DNA of 60,798 bases, filler included. It is 8 parts of 8 records of this genome, joined end to end, with 100 filler letters (N's around TTAATTAATTAA, not from the genome) between each part and the next. Parts side by side here need not be neighbours in the genome. Positions count along the whole stretch, not along the records: positions 1 to 6,118 come from DRR723986_20593; positions 6,219 to 14,139 come from DRR723986_20594; 6 more parts are not named here. One strand, given 5' to 3'. This document shows positions 1 through 8,942 of the stretch, in pieces. Position 1 is the first letter of the stretch. Each line of letters opens with the position of its first letter. The position numbers and the translations under genes are program-made. The notes under the pieces are model-generated. The model saw only the letters and a list, made by a program, of their open reading frames with translations, did not search any database and was not told the DNA's origin.

Positions 1-30
1 GACAGCGCTCCGCGCTTCCTCAGGATGAGG
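1..30 (-). repeat. Truncated copy of an alphaproteobacterial intergenic palindromic repeat (CCTCATCCTGAGGAAG-hairpin-CTGTC)
   Basis: Reverse complement reads cctcatcctgaggaagcgcggagcgctgtc, matching the copy at 165-206; the contig ends inside it. Confidence 0.75.
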
Positions 31-164
31 TTGGTGGTGGGGCGGAGTTGGGGGCTTGGAGGATGTTGATGGATTTGGCGAGTTGGATGTGCCGTGGGGC
101 GAATTGACGGTTTGTGGCCTAACCACTTCGAAGAGTTTTGTGTTCGGTATCCCCACACACTCTC

Positions 165-206
165 CCTCATCCTGAGGAAGGCCTGAGGCCTGTCTCGAAG
201 GATGGG
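165..206 (+). repeat. Intergenic palindromic repeat element (REP-like)
   Basis: cctcatcctgaggaaggcctgaggcctgtctcgaaggatggg; internal hairpin AGGCC-TGA-GGCCT; outer CATCCT/AGGATG pairing. Confidence 0.75.
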
Positions 207-311
207 CTGCATACTCCGTCGAAAGGTTCATTCCTTGAAAGACAGGAAGAACCGCCCGCGCGAGGCGAGGATTCTAAACCGCTCAAATCAGGATTGCCGC
301 AGGCCCGCGCC

Positions 312-1202
312 TTAACTCAGAACGAAATCGCTTTCCGCGTAGCCTTGCAGGTAGAGCAGGGCTGTGAGGTCGCCGTGGTCGATGCGGAAGTCGGCGGCGG
401 CGGCGACTGCCGGTTTGGCCCTGTAAGCGACACCGGCTCCTGCGCGTTCGATCATGGCAAGGTCGTTTGCGCCATCTCCGACCGCAAGCGTATCTGCGAA
501 CTCCAGGCCTCGCTCCGCGACGAGATATTCCAGGCGGGTGCGCTTGGCTTCGCGTCCGAGAATCGGTTCTCCGACCTTGCCTGACAGTTTTCCGTCCACT
601 TCCAGCAGGGTGTTGGCCTGGTTCTCGTCAAAACCGATCAGGGTCGCGACAGCAGATGTGAAATGGGTGAAGCCACCGGAAACAAGGGCGCAGTAAGCGC
701 CGTTCGCCTTCATCGTCTGTACCAGCGTACGGCCGCCCGGCATCAGCTGGATTCGCTTGCTGAGCACCGTTTCAATGGCCGACACCGGCAATCCGGCGAG
801 AAGGCCAACACGTTCGCGCAGGGCCGGTTCAAAATCGATCTCGCCGCGCATCGCCCGCTCGGTAATTTCCGATATGCGATCCTTGAGGCCAAGTTCAGCC
901 GCCAGTTCGTCGATGCATTCCTGGCGGATCATGGTGGAATCCATGTCGGCGATCAGCAGGTGCTTGCGGCGGCCGGCTTCCTTCTGCACAAAGACGTCGA
1001 CGGGGGCACGGCCAATCACTTCGCGCAAGATACCGTCCGCGGCACTTGCATCCAGACCCTCAAAGCGGATATCCGCTGCGACACCTGCAGAAAGACGTGT
1101 CGAGGTTCCGGTAACGCCGAGTGCGTCGGATGCCTGCCGAACCAGATCCTCGTCGACTGCCGGCGCAGCAGGAGTGGACACCAAAGTGGCAACAAAAGAC
1201 AT
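312..1202 (-). CDS. serB: Phosphoserine phosphatase (HAD family)
   Basis: DMDST motif I, VSGGF, GDGAND; start reassigned to MSFVATLV (ATG at 1202) with AGGGA upstream. Confidence 0.93.
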   Translation of the reverse strand: MSFVATLVSTPAAPAVDEDLVRQASDALGVTGTSTRLSAGVAADIRFEGLDASAADGILREVIGRAPVDVFVQKEAGRRKHLLIADMDSTMIRQECIDELAAELGLKDRISEITERAMRGEIDFEPALRERVGLLAGLPVSAIETVLSKRIQLMPGGRTLVQTMKANGAYCALVSGGFTHFTSAVATLIGFDENQANTLLEVDGKLSGKVGEPILGREAKRTRLEYLVAERGLEFADTLAVGDGANDLAMIERAGAGVAYRAKPAVAAAADFRIDHGDLTALLYLQGYAESDFVLS

Positions 1203-2154
1203 GGACGGTTCCCTGGACGACGATGACGGCACGCCCGCAACTGCCAGGCGCGCCATTCTGATAGCCGGGCCGACAGCCAGCGGCAAGTCCGCTTTGGCGT
1301 TGACGCTGGCCAAAAGGCTGAATGGTGTCATCGTGAATGCAGATTCCATGCAGCTTTACGAAGACTTGCGACTGGTGAGCGCACGCCCCAGTGTGGCGGA
1401 GGAGGCTGAAGCACCTCACAGGCTTTACGGCGTGTTGCCTGCATCGACGGCCTTTTCGACCGGCGACTGGCTGCGCCTGGCGGAACGGGAACTGCAAGAT
1501 GCCTGGGGAAACGGCCAGATGCCTATCCTCGTCGGTGGCACTGGCCTCTACTTCAAGGGGCTGACGGAAGGCTTTGCGGAAATGCCTGGCATTCCGGAAG
1601 AGATCCGTGCCAGGGCGAGATCCATTGCCGACACGCAAGGTGTGGAAGGTTTGAGGCAGCACCTGATTGCCGGGGGGGATCCTGAGTCTGCCGAGGCGCT
1701 GGTTGATCCGCAACGTCTTGCCCGTGCACTGGAGGTTTTGCTGGCAACCGGCCGCCCTCTGAAGGCGTGGCAACAGCACGCCCAGTCATCGCCTCTTCTC
1801 AAGCCGCAGGCGTGTCACCGGATCGTTCTGGCACCTCCGCGGCCCTGGCTGCATGAACGTATCGAGCAACGGGCCAGGTTGATGGTTTGCGAAGAAGGCT
1901 TCAATGAAGTGCGGGCCCTGCTTGAACAAGGCCTATCGGATAAGTTGCCAGCGATGAGGGCAATCGGCGTGCCGGAACTTGGCGCCTATCTTGCCGGAAA
2001 AGCCGATTATGCAGAAACCATCCACAGGCTGACTGTTGCAACGCGTCAATACGCAAAGCGTCAGGAAACCTGGTTTCGCAACCAGATGTCGGATTGGCAA
2101 CGGGTTGATCCTTCAAACCTAATTGAGATGGAGGCCTTTCTCCGAACGGTTTGA
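1201..2154 (+). CDS. miaA: tRNA dimethylallyltransferase
   Basis: GPTASGKS P-loop, NADSMQLY, VGGTGLY, TRQYAKRQETWFR; nearest in-frame ATG is at 1201. Confidence 0.93.
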   Translation: MDGSLDDDDGTPATARRAILIAGPTASGKSALALTLAKRLNGVIVNADSMQLYEDLRLVSARPSVAEEAEAPHRLYGVLPASTAFSTGDWLRLAERELQDAWGNGQMPILVGGTGLYFKGLTEGFAEMPGIPEEIRARARSIADTQGVEGLRQHLIAGGDPESAEALVDPQRLARALEVLLATGRPLKAWQQHAQSSPLLKPQACHRIVLAPPRPWLHERIEQRARLMVCEEGFNEVRALLEQGLSDKLPAMRAIGVPELGAYLAGKADYAETIHRLTVATRQYAKRQETWFRNQMSDWQRVDPSNLIEMEAFLRTV

Positions 2155-2364
2155 CGGCTCAGCGTCAACTTCTGATGTGTGCGGTGCAGCAGTGGTGTGA
2201 GCGTAACTCTTTGGTATTGCGAATATATTTTTGTCAAAATTGATCTTATACTTTTGTCTGCCATGGCAATGGCACAATTCAGGGTTACATGGCTAGCATG
2301 CGTTCGGTGGCGGGATTCGCCGCCGCTTGTAAGGCCTGAAGAAATCCTAGACTGGGAGGTCACG

Positions 2365-2904
2365 GTGCAGACGATCATACTCGAATGCGGTTCAGTGCGG
2401 CTCGTCCCTTTTAAGCCAACCGATATTCATCTCGTCAAAGATCTTCACTCCGATCCTTACGGCAACCGATGTACAGAATATTCCACCAATTGCACCGTCG
2501 TTGATGCGGAAGAACTGGTGCGGTCTGCTCAGCAGAACCAGGACGACCTCGGGTTTGCCAAGTGGAAGGCGGTGTCTTCCGATGGGGCATTTCTCGGCTG
2601 GGCCGGGTTTACGCCTGTCAGCGAAACTTCCGAGATCAGTCTGAACTATTGCCTGCGTCTCGACGTGCTGGATCAGGATCCGGATCTGCCCAAGCGCCTT
2701 TGTGCCGCCTTGTCAGACTGGTTCTTCGAAAACACCTATTTTTCCCATCTGGTCGCTGTGGTGCGCACCGACAACCGGACCATGCGAGAAGTGGTCAAGG
2801 GCAACGGTTTCTATCACCGCGAAAGCAAAGTGATTGAAGGCATGCAGGCGGACGTGTTTCAGCTCCTGAGCCCGTCCATGCAATCCTATCTCATGAGTGC
2901 TTAG
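2365..2904 (+). CDS. RimJ/RimL-type GNAT-fold protein with a degenerate acetyl-CoA motif
   Basis: GGAGGT RBS then GTG at 2365; paralogous to the next gene (DLHSDP, KWK..G.F.G.AGF, L..WFF..T). Confidence 0.75.
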   Translation: MQTIILECGSVRLVPFKPTDIHLVKDLHSDPYGNRCTEYSTNCTVVDAEELVRSAQQNQDDLGFAKWKAVSSDGAFLGWAGFTPVSETSEISLNYCLRLDVLDQDPDLPKRLCAALSDWFFENTYFSHLVAVVRTDNRTMREVVKGNGFYHRESKVIEGMQADVFQLLSPSMQSYLMSA

Positions 2905-2941
2905 GCATTTTCGGGGCTTACGGGACCTCGGGAAATGCGTC

Positions 2942-2971
2942 GGGACCGTGTCTGCCACGGTCCCTTTTTTT
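2942..2971 (+). terminator. Intrinsic terminator between the two GNAT genes
   Basis: GGGACCGTG-tctgc-CACGGTCCC followed by T7. Confidence 0.8.
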
Positions 2972-2984
2972 GAGAGTGGCCCAT

Positions 2985-3530
2985 TTGAACACACCCATTC
3001 TGACAACAGGCAGGCTGCGCCTTTTGCCTTTTTCCGAAGATGACTTCCCATTGTTGCAGGACCTTCATTCAGATCCGGAGGTCAATCGCTATCTGTCTCC
3101 GGGACCGGCGATCATGGATCCGGAGGAAGTGCGCCGGCGGCTCGCGAATTACGTCGGCGATCACCGGGGCACCGGGATGTCCAAATGGAAACTGGAGACG
3201 GTTGAGGGGGCCTTTATCGGCCGGGCGGGGTTCTCGTTCGAAAGGAACCCGGAAGGTTATGAACTTGGCTACAGCCTGAAACGGTCAGCCTGGGGGAAGG
3301 GCTATGCGAGCGAGATCGCGCGGGCTCTTGTCGGCTGGTTCTTCGACACGACACAGAACGATCACATGCTTGCCTATGCAGTTGCGGAACATACGGCTTC
3401 GCAGCGGGTGATGCAGAAGGCAGGACTGCGTTTCTGGCGGGAAATACGAAAGCACGGATTGCATTGCCGGTTCTACCGGATCACGCGCCGGCAATATCTT
3501 CAGTCTCTGGAGCCTGGCACGGGCGGTTGA
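2985..3530 (+). CDS. RimJ/RimL-type GNAT N-acetyltransferase
   Basis: T.RL.L.PF N-terminus, ELGY, WGKGYASE motif A, SQRVMQKAG; start uncertain (2970, 2976 or 2985). Confidence 0.88.
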   Translation: MNTPILTTGRLRLLPFSEDDFPLLQDLHSDPEVNRYLSPGPAIMDPEEVRRRLANYVGDHRGTGMSKWKLETVEGAFIGRAGFSFERNPEGYELGYSLKRSAWGKGYASEIARALVGWFFDTTQNDHMLAYAVAEHTASQRVMQKAGLRFWREIRKHGLHCRFYRITRRQYLQSLEPGTGG

Positions 3531-3552
3531 TCGCTTGAGTGCTTGGTCGCCA

Positions 3553-4131
3553 TCAAACGCCGGCGGCCTGCAGGGCGGCGGGCAGGGCGGCCGCTGTCAC
3601 GGCTTCGGCAAGGGCCTCATCCGACATGGCCCGTGCCGTGGTCAGTCCTCCAATCAGGAGACTGAGAAAAACCCAGGCGCGGTTCCGCCGTTCAGACGGG
3701 GTGCCTTCCTTGAGCCCCTCGGCAACGAGTGACGCTATTTCCTGCATCTTGTCATCATAGAGTTTGCGGGTCTCAGGCTTGGCCCGTGCGACATCGGGCG
3801 ATAGCGCGGTCATCGCACAGCCGCAGGCGCGGTCCTGCCGATGCGCCGTGCCGAGATAATACCGTGCAAATGCCTCGACCCATTTGTCGCCGAAACGTTC
3901 CCGGTAGTCAGGAATGGTGGTGATTACTTCGTCCAGTCCCTGTTCCAGCGCGGCGTGAAAGGCCCCGTCCTTTGATCCCAGGTGCGCGTAGAATGCACCC
4001 GAAGTAGCACCCGCCGCCTTTGCGATCGCGTCGACACCAACCCCGGAATATCCTTCGCTCCGGAAGGCCCTGCTTGATGCGTTGAGCAAGGCTTTTTGGG
4101 TTTCTGCCTTGCGAAGTTGTTGTTTTGCCAT
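3553..4131 (-). CDS. TetR/AcrR family transcriptional regulator
   Basis: N-terminal HTH GYSGVGVDAIAKAAGATSGAFYAHLGSK; GC motif in the C-terminal domain. Confidence 0.92.
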   Translation of the reverse strand: MAKQQLRKAETQKALLNASSRAFRSEGYSGVGVDAIAKAAGATSGAFYAHLGSKDGAFHAALEQGLDEVITTIPDYRERFGDKWVEAFARYYLGTAHRQDRACGCAMTALSPDVARAKPETRKLYDDKMQEIASLVAEGLKEGTPSERRNRAWVFLSLLIGGLTTARAMSDEALAEAVTAAALPAALQAAGV

Positions 4132-4150
4132 GCGGTTCTCTCAATTAAAG

Positions 4151-4233
4151 AACGATCGTTATATATTATGTTGACTTCATAACGATCGTTACATAAATAG
4201 AGTGCGTCAGAAAATATAACGAACGTTATATTT
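4151..4233. promoter_or_regulatory. Three palindromic TetR operator candidates plus a sigma70-like promoter
   Basis: AACGATCGTT (4151-4160), TAACGATCGTTA (4180-4191), AAATATAACG-aa-CGTTATATTT (4212-4233); TTGACT at 4171 and TAAATA at 4194. Confidence 0.75.
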
Positions 4234-4250
4234 AATTGAGAGGAACGGAA

Positions 4251-4667
4251 ATGCCACTTGCACTCAATTACACCCAGGGCGTGATGAGCGAAGATGCCGG
4301 TTTGAAAGCAGGCAGGAAAATCACCGAAGCCTTCCTGAAATGGCACGGGCTTGGTGGCAACAAGGTCATGACCCCCAACGTGACCATGCAGATACAGGCA
4401 CTGCCGAAGAACGGGGCGCTGTCCGGCGGCGAGCCGGTGGAAGGGGCCTGGCTGGAATGCAAGACGCCAAGTTTTGCCCTGGCTGCGCGGGACGTCCAGG
4501 TCGGGTTCTTCAAGGAAGCAACAGACATCATCGCCGCGGCGGCGGAGGGGCGTTTGCCACGGGACCACATCTATTCAAACGTGGTGCACACTGTGGACGG
4601 GACCTGGAACCTGGACGGCGAAGCCATGACCAACAGCCAGCTTTCCGAACGGATTTCGCAGGGTTGA
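4251..4667 (+). CDS. Tautomerase superfamily (4-OT-like, Pro-1) protein
   Basis: GAGAGG RBS; Met-Pro start (MPLALNY); 138 aa, consistent with a doubled beta-alpha-beta unit. Confidence 0.7.
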   Translation: MPLALNYTQGVMSEDAGLKAGRKITEAFLKWHGLGGNKVMTPNVTMQIQALPKNGALSGGEPVEGAWLECKTPSFALAARDVQVGFFKEATDIIAAAAEGRLPRDHIYSNVVHTVDGTWNLDGEAMTNSQLSERISQG

Positions 4668-4684
4668 CGTCACAACACGGATTG

Positions 4685-4711
4685 AAAAGGGGCCGCTTCT
4701 GCGGCCCTTTT
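4685..4711. terminator. Bidirectional intrinsic terminator
   Basis: AAAA-G-GGGCCGC-ttct-GCGGCCC-TTTT between convergent genes. Confidence 0.75.
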
Positions 4712-4751
4712 GGCGGATCCAGGGGCTTTTGCCGGCAGGTAACGGGAGAAT

Positions 4752-5270
4752 TCAGGAAACCGGTCCGCTCCCGAGTGAGCCGAGAAAGCGCTTCAACTGG
4801 CGTGGACGGATGAAGACATGGCTCACTCCGGAGAACACCCTGATGCTTTCCAGATCACGTTCCCTCCGCGTCCGCCTGTAGTTCAGAACGAACTTGAAAA
4901 ACGGCCAGTCGAAGCGCTCCAGGCAGCCATCCGGCAATTCGCCGCTGCGGGTTCCACCGCGGCCGAGAATGGAGCGCTTCAGCACTCTCGTCGCACAGAG
5001 AAACGTCTTAAAATCGAGATAGATGAGCGTATCGGCTGCTTTCAGGCGAAGGTCCAGGGTGCTGCCGTAGTTGCCGTCCATGATCCAGCGCGGGCGAGCG
5101 ATCAGCTCTTTCATGGTGGCGCGCCAGACTTCGGGGGAAGGGCGCTGCCAACCCGGTTGCCAGTAATGACTGTCCAGATGAATGACGGGCAGGCCGGTCA
5201 GGTCGCTCAAGGTTCGGGCCGCACGGGACTTGCCGGCCCCCGGGCATCCGGCGATCACCACGCGCTTCAT
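4752..5270 (-). CDS. Adenylate-kinase-like P-loop protein (FlaR/topology modulation family)
   Basis: MKRVVIAGCPGAGKS, LPVIHLD.HYW.PGW, WIMDGNY, ADTLIYLD. Confidence 0.85.
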   Translation of the reverse strand: MKRVVIAGCPGAGKSRAARTLSDLTGLPVIHLDSHYWQPGWQRPSPEVWRATMKELIARPRWIMDGNYGSTLDLRLKAADTLIYLDFKTFLCATRVLKRSILGRGGTRSGELPDGCLERFDWPFFKFVLNYRRTRRERDLESIRVFSGVSHVFIRPRQLKRFLGSLGSGPVS

Positions 5271-5320
5271 CTCTCCGTCTGTGCCAAGGCTTTCCACCCG
5301 TTTGTCCTCCCCGACAAAAC

Positions 5321-5366
5321 AAAGCCTCCTGAACCTTACCGGAAAATCGGTGGTGCAGGAGGCTTT
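5321..5366 (-). terminator. Probable terminator downstream of leuA
   Basis: AAAGCCTCCTG...CAGGAGGCTTT inverted repeat, followed by a T-rich tract on the minus strand. Confidence 0.6.
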
Positions 5367-5433
5367 TCGTGTCAGGTCCGAAATCGGGCGACAATACAGT
5401 CACCTTGATCCGGAGCTTTTGGTGGTTCCGGCG

Positions 5434-6118
5434 TTAGACGGCAGCAAGCGCGCCCGGGTTGCCGGTCTGCTGGCGCAGGGCCAGCTTGTTCATGGCCGAA
5501 ACATAGGCACGGGCGGAAGCGACCAGTGTGTCGGTGTCCGCTCCCTTGCCCGTGGCAATGCGGCCGCCGGCTTCCAGGCGCACGGACACTTCGGCCTGAG
5601 CGTCGGTGCCCTCGGTCACCGCATGCACCTGGTACAGCGACAGCTTGGCTTCATGTGGCACGATTGCCTTGATGGCGTTGAACGTGGCGTCGACAGGACC
5701 GTCGCCCGTGGCTTCCTTGGTGACATGCTGGCCGTTGACATCCATGGTCAGGATCGCCTTCTGCGGGCCACCCGTACCGGCAATTACCGTCAGCGCAATC
5801 ACCTTGGTGCTTTCGCCCAGGATGCTGATTTCGTCCTCGACCAGGGCTTCGATATCCTCGTCGTAGACGTGTTTCTTGCGGTCGGCGAGGTCCTTGAAAC
5901 GGCGGAAGGCATCCTGCAGGGCATTGTCGCCCAGTTCGAAGCCCAGTTCTTTCAGCTTGTCGCGGAAGGCGTGGCGGCCGGAATGCTTGCCCATGACCAG
6001 CGAGGTGGCTTTCACGCCAACGTCTTCCGGGCGCATGATTTCATAGGTTTCGGCGTTTTTCAGCATGCCGTCCTGGTGGATGCCGCTCTCGTGGGCAAAG
6101 GCGTTCTTGCCGACGATG
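5434..6118 (-). CDS. leuA: 2-isopropylmalate synthase, C-terminal part (5' truncated)
   Basis: [38 protein letters not shown] regulatory domain. Confidence 0.93.
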
Positions 6119-6218
6119 NNNNNNNNNNNNNNNNNNNNNNNNNNNNNNNNNNNNNNNNNNNNTTAATTAATTAANNNNNNNNNNNNNNNNNNNNNNNNNN
6201 NNNNNNNNNNNNNNNNNN
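6119..6218. other. Artificial contig linker; identical linkers at 14140-14239, 23828-23927, 30768-30867, 35951-36050, 43706-43805 and 55259-55358
   Basis: N44-TTAATTAATTAA-N44 with stops in all six frames; genes are truncated and composition changes across the linkers. Confidence 0.98.
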
Positions 6219-6416
6219 GCCTTGGCCTGCGGGCAATACGCAGCCCATGATCACTTCATCCACTTTTTCAGACAGCGTGGGATGCCCGGCACGCAGCACG
6301 GCTTGTTGAATGGCGTGTGCGCCCAGTTCGCTGGCGGTGAAACCAGACATGCTGCCCTGAAAACCGCCCATGGGGGTGCGGGCGGCAGATACAATCACGA
6401 TGGGGTCGTGCTTCAT
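6219..6416 (-). CDS. Acetyl-CoA acyltransferase (thiolase), N-terminal fragment
   Basis: IVIVSAARTPMGGF...EVIMGCVLPAGQG. Confidence 0.88.
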
Positions 6417-6496
6417 GGTTTGGGGTCTCCGGGAAAATAGGTGTTATTGGTCCTATTTTCCCGTGCCCACGGGGTTTTTAACCCCCTGTGCAGCAA

Positions 6497-8845
6497 TTAT
6501 GCAGCAGTTTTTTCAGACCGGTTTTTAGCTTGCAGTTCGTCCCGCAATACCTGTGTCGCCTTCACCATCACAGCCAAAGCCGCCTCGGTTTCTTCCCAGC
6601 CTCGTGTTTTCAGGCCGCAATCGGGATTCACCCACAGATTTTCGGGTGGAATCACCTGTGCCGCTTTTCGAATCAAGCGAACAATTTCATCCTGAGCCGG
6701 TACGCGGGGCGAGTGAATGTCGTAGACACCCGGGCCAATTTCATTGGGGTAATCGAATTCACCAAAACCACGCAACAGTTCCATGTCGGACCGGCTGGTT
6801 TCAATGGTAATGACATCGGCATCCATTGCGGCAATGGCGGGCAAAATATCGTTGAACTCCGAGTAGCACATGTGGGTGTGAATTTGCGTGTCGTCCCGCA
6901 CCGGGCTTGCTGAAATTCGGAAAGCCCTGCTTGCCCAGTTCAAGTAATCCTCCCAGCGTGCCTTGCGCAGTGGCAATCCTTCCCGGTAGGCGGGTTCATC
7001 AATTTGAATCATGCCAATTCCAGCAGTTTCCAGGTCGGCAACCTCATCGCGAATAGCCAACGCAATTTGTAGTGCTGTCGTCGCGCGGGGCTGGTCGTTG
7101 CGCACGAAGCTCCACTGCAAAATGGTGACGGGGCCTGTGAGCATGCCTTTTACAGGTTTTTCACTCAGACTTTGGGCAAAGCGGGCTACATCCACTGTCA
7201 TTGCTTTGGGGCGAGATACGTCACCAAACAGAATTGGCGGCTTTACGCAACGTGAACCATAGCTTTGTACCCAACCGTTGGCTGAGAAAGTAAAACCTTC
7301 CAGTTGCTCGCCAAAATACTCAACCATGTCATTGCGTTCTGCCTCGCCGTGTACCAGCACATCCAGGCCGATCCGTTCCTGGAATTCAATGGCTTGGCGA
7401 ATTTCCTGACTGATGTGTTGCCAGTAAGTGGTTTCGTCAATTTCGTTTTTCTTGAACCGCGCACGCAAGTTGCGAATGTTTTTGGTTTGTGGAAACGAGC
7501 CAATGGTGGTAGTAGGGTAGGCTGGCAGTCCAAAACGCTTGCGTTGCAACTGCTGGCGAATTGCAAACTCGCTGCCACGCTGGTCGGCAGTCGGAGCCAA
7601 TGCAGCCAGGCGGGCCCTCACTTCCGGGTTGTTCAGCAGAGGGCTTTGAGTGCGTTGTTTGACAGTGGCTTGATGTTCGTTCCAAAGCGATGCCAAAGCA
7701 CCCGTCAGTGTTTTTCCTTGCAGTTGCGTTTTAGCGGCTTGCTTAAGCAACTCCAGTTCTTCGAGTTTCTCGATGGCACCCGCCAGCCAAGGTTTTACAA
7801 GCGGGTTGATGGTGGTGTCGTTGTTGAAACGGTAAGGCACATGCAACAGCGAGCAACTCGGTGCAAGCCATACTTCACCTTTGCCGGCATCAAAAGATTT
7901 GGCGATTTGGTGAAGCGCGGCCTGAAGGTCAGTTTTCCAGATGTTGCGACCATCGATCAAGCCGAGCGACAACACTTTGTAGTTGGGCAGCCAGTCCAAT
8001 ACCAAAGACAAGTCCTCTTCAGCGCGTACGCAGTCAATGTGCAGACCGTCTACCGGCAATTTGCACACTGGGCTGGTATGCCCTTGCGTGGTTGAAAAAT
8101 AAGTAGCCAACAAAATTTTTACGCCGCTGCTTTTCAGTTGCAAGTAGCTGCGTTCGTATGCAGCCAGATAATTGCCGGGCAGGTCCAGGCCCAGAACGGG
8201 TTCATCCAGTTGCACCCATTCAATGCCGTTTGCTTTAAGCTCGGCCAGAATTTGGCCGTACACGGGCAGCAGTTGTTCGAGCAAATCAAACGGCTCAAAA
8301 CCTGCCTGCTTGCTTTTGCCTAGAAACAAGAATGTGAGCGGACCAATCAAACTGACTTTGATCGGATGGTTCAAGGTTTTGGCCTGTTCAATTTGCTCTA
8401 CAAGGCTTGCTGTATGCGCCTTAAATACTGTGTTTGATGTGAATTCCGGCACCATGTAGTGGTAGTTGGTGTCGAACCACTTGGTCATTTCCAGAGCCCA
8501 GGTTTCGTGAACATGCGTACAGCTGTGGTTCTCGGTTGACTTTCCACGAACCATGGTGAAGTAGCGTTGCAGCTTGGATTGTTCTGCTTTGAACTCGAAA
8601 CGTGCTGGCTCGCAACCCAGCAATTGAATGTGGTCGGCCATTTGATCATAGAAGGCAAAGTCGCCCACAGTAATGAAATCAAGTCCGGAATCAATTTGAG
8701 CCTGCCAGTGCTTCAGGCGTAGTTCATGCGCGGTGGCGCGCAGTTCTTCCTCAGTGGTTTCGCCGCGCCAGTGGCTTTCTAGCGCAAATTTCAATTCACG
8801 GTTCTCACCGATTCTGGGAAAACCCAGGGTGTGCGTTTTAATCAT
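6497..8845 (-). CDS. metE: Cobalamin-independent methionine synthase
   Basis: LGFPRIG..RELK, KWFDTNYHY, TTTIGSFPQ, HTHMCYSEF, WVNPDCGLKTR. Confidence 0.97.
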   Translation of the reverse strand: MIKTHTLGFPRIGENRELKFALESHWRGETTEEELRATAHELRLKHWQAQIDSGLDFITVGDFAFYDQMADHIQLLGCEPARFEFKAEQSKLQRYFTMVRGKSTENHSCTHVHETWALEMTKWFDTNYHYMVPEFTSNTVFKAHTASLVEQIEQAKTLNHPIKVSLIGPLTFLFLGKSKQAGFEPFDLLEQLLPVYGQILAELKANGIEWVQLDEPVLGLDLPGNYLAAYERSYLQLKSSGVKILLATYFSTTQGHTSPVCKLPVDGLHIDCVRAEEDLSLVLDWLPNYKVLSLGLIDGRNIWKTDLQAALHQIAKSFDAGKGEVWLAPSCSLLHVPYRFNNDTTINPLVKPWLAGAIEKLEELELLKQAAKTQLQGKTLTGALASLWNEHQATVKQRTQSPLLNNPEVRARLAALAPTADQRGSEFAIRQQLQRKRFGLPAYPTTTIGSFPQTKNIRNLRARFKKNEIDETTYWQHISQEIRQAIEFQERIGLDVLVHGEAERNDMVEYFGEQLEGFTFSANGWVQSYGSRCVKPPILFGDVSRPKAMTVDVARFAQSLSEKPVKGMLTGPVTILQWSFVRNDQPRATTALQIALAIRDEVADLETAGIGMIQIDEPAYREGLPLRKARWEDYLNWASRAFRISASPVRDDTQIHTHMCYSEFNDILPAIAAMDADVITIETSRSDMELLRGFGEFDYPNEIGPGVYDIHSPRVPAQDEIVRLIRKAAQVIPPENLWVNPDCGLKTRGWEETEAALAVMVKATQVLRDELQAKNRSEKTAA

Positions 8846-8929
8846 GGTGTTTCTTCTTGTGTGGCAATTAAAACATCATGATCGACATAAACAGAGTATT
8901 ATTCAAACGAATAATATTATCGAAAATAG

Positions 8930-8942
8930 TGAATAGAATTCA
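8930..8942. promoter_or_regulatory. MetR binding site
   Basis: TGAA-tagaa-TTCA matches the TGAA-N5-TTCA MetR consensus and overlaps the A of the metR ATG. Confidence 0.7.

Noticed and set aside
757..1349. Long N-terminal extensions of miaA (465 aa) and serB (345 aa) in the ORF track
   Set aside because: The extensions are antisense read-through of the opposite gene; family homology begins near 1201
8846..8941. Cobalamin or SAM riboswitch upstream of metE
   Set aside because: Only 96 bp, AT-rich, no aptamer motifs; the MetR box accounts for the regulation
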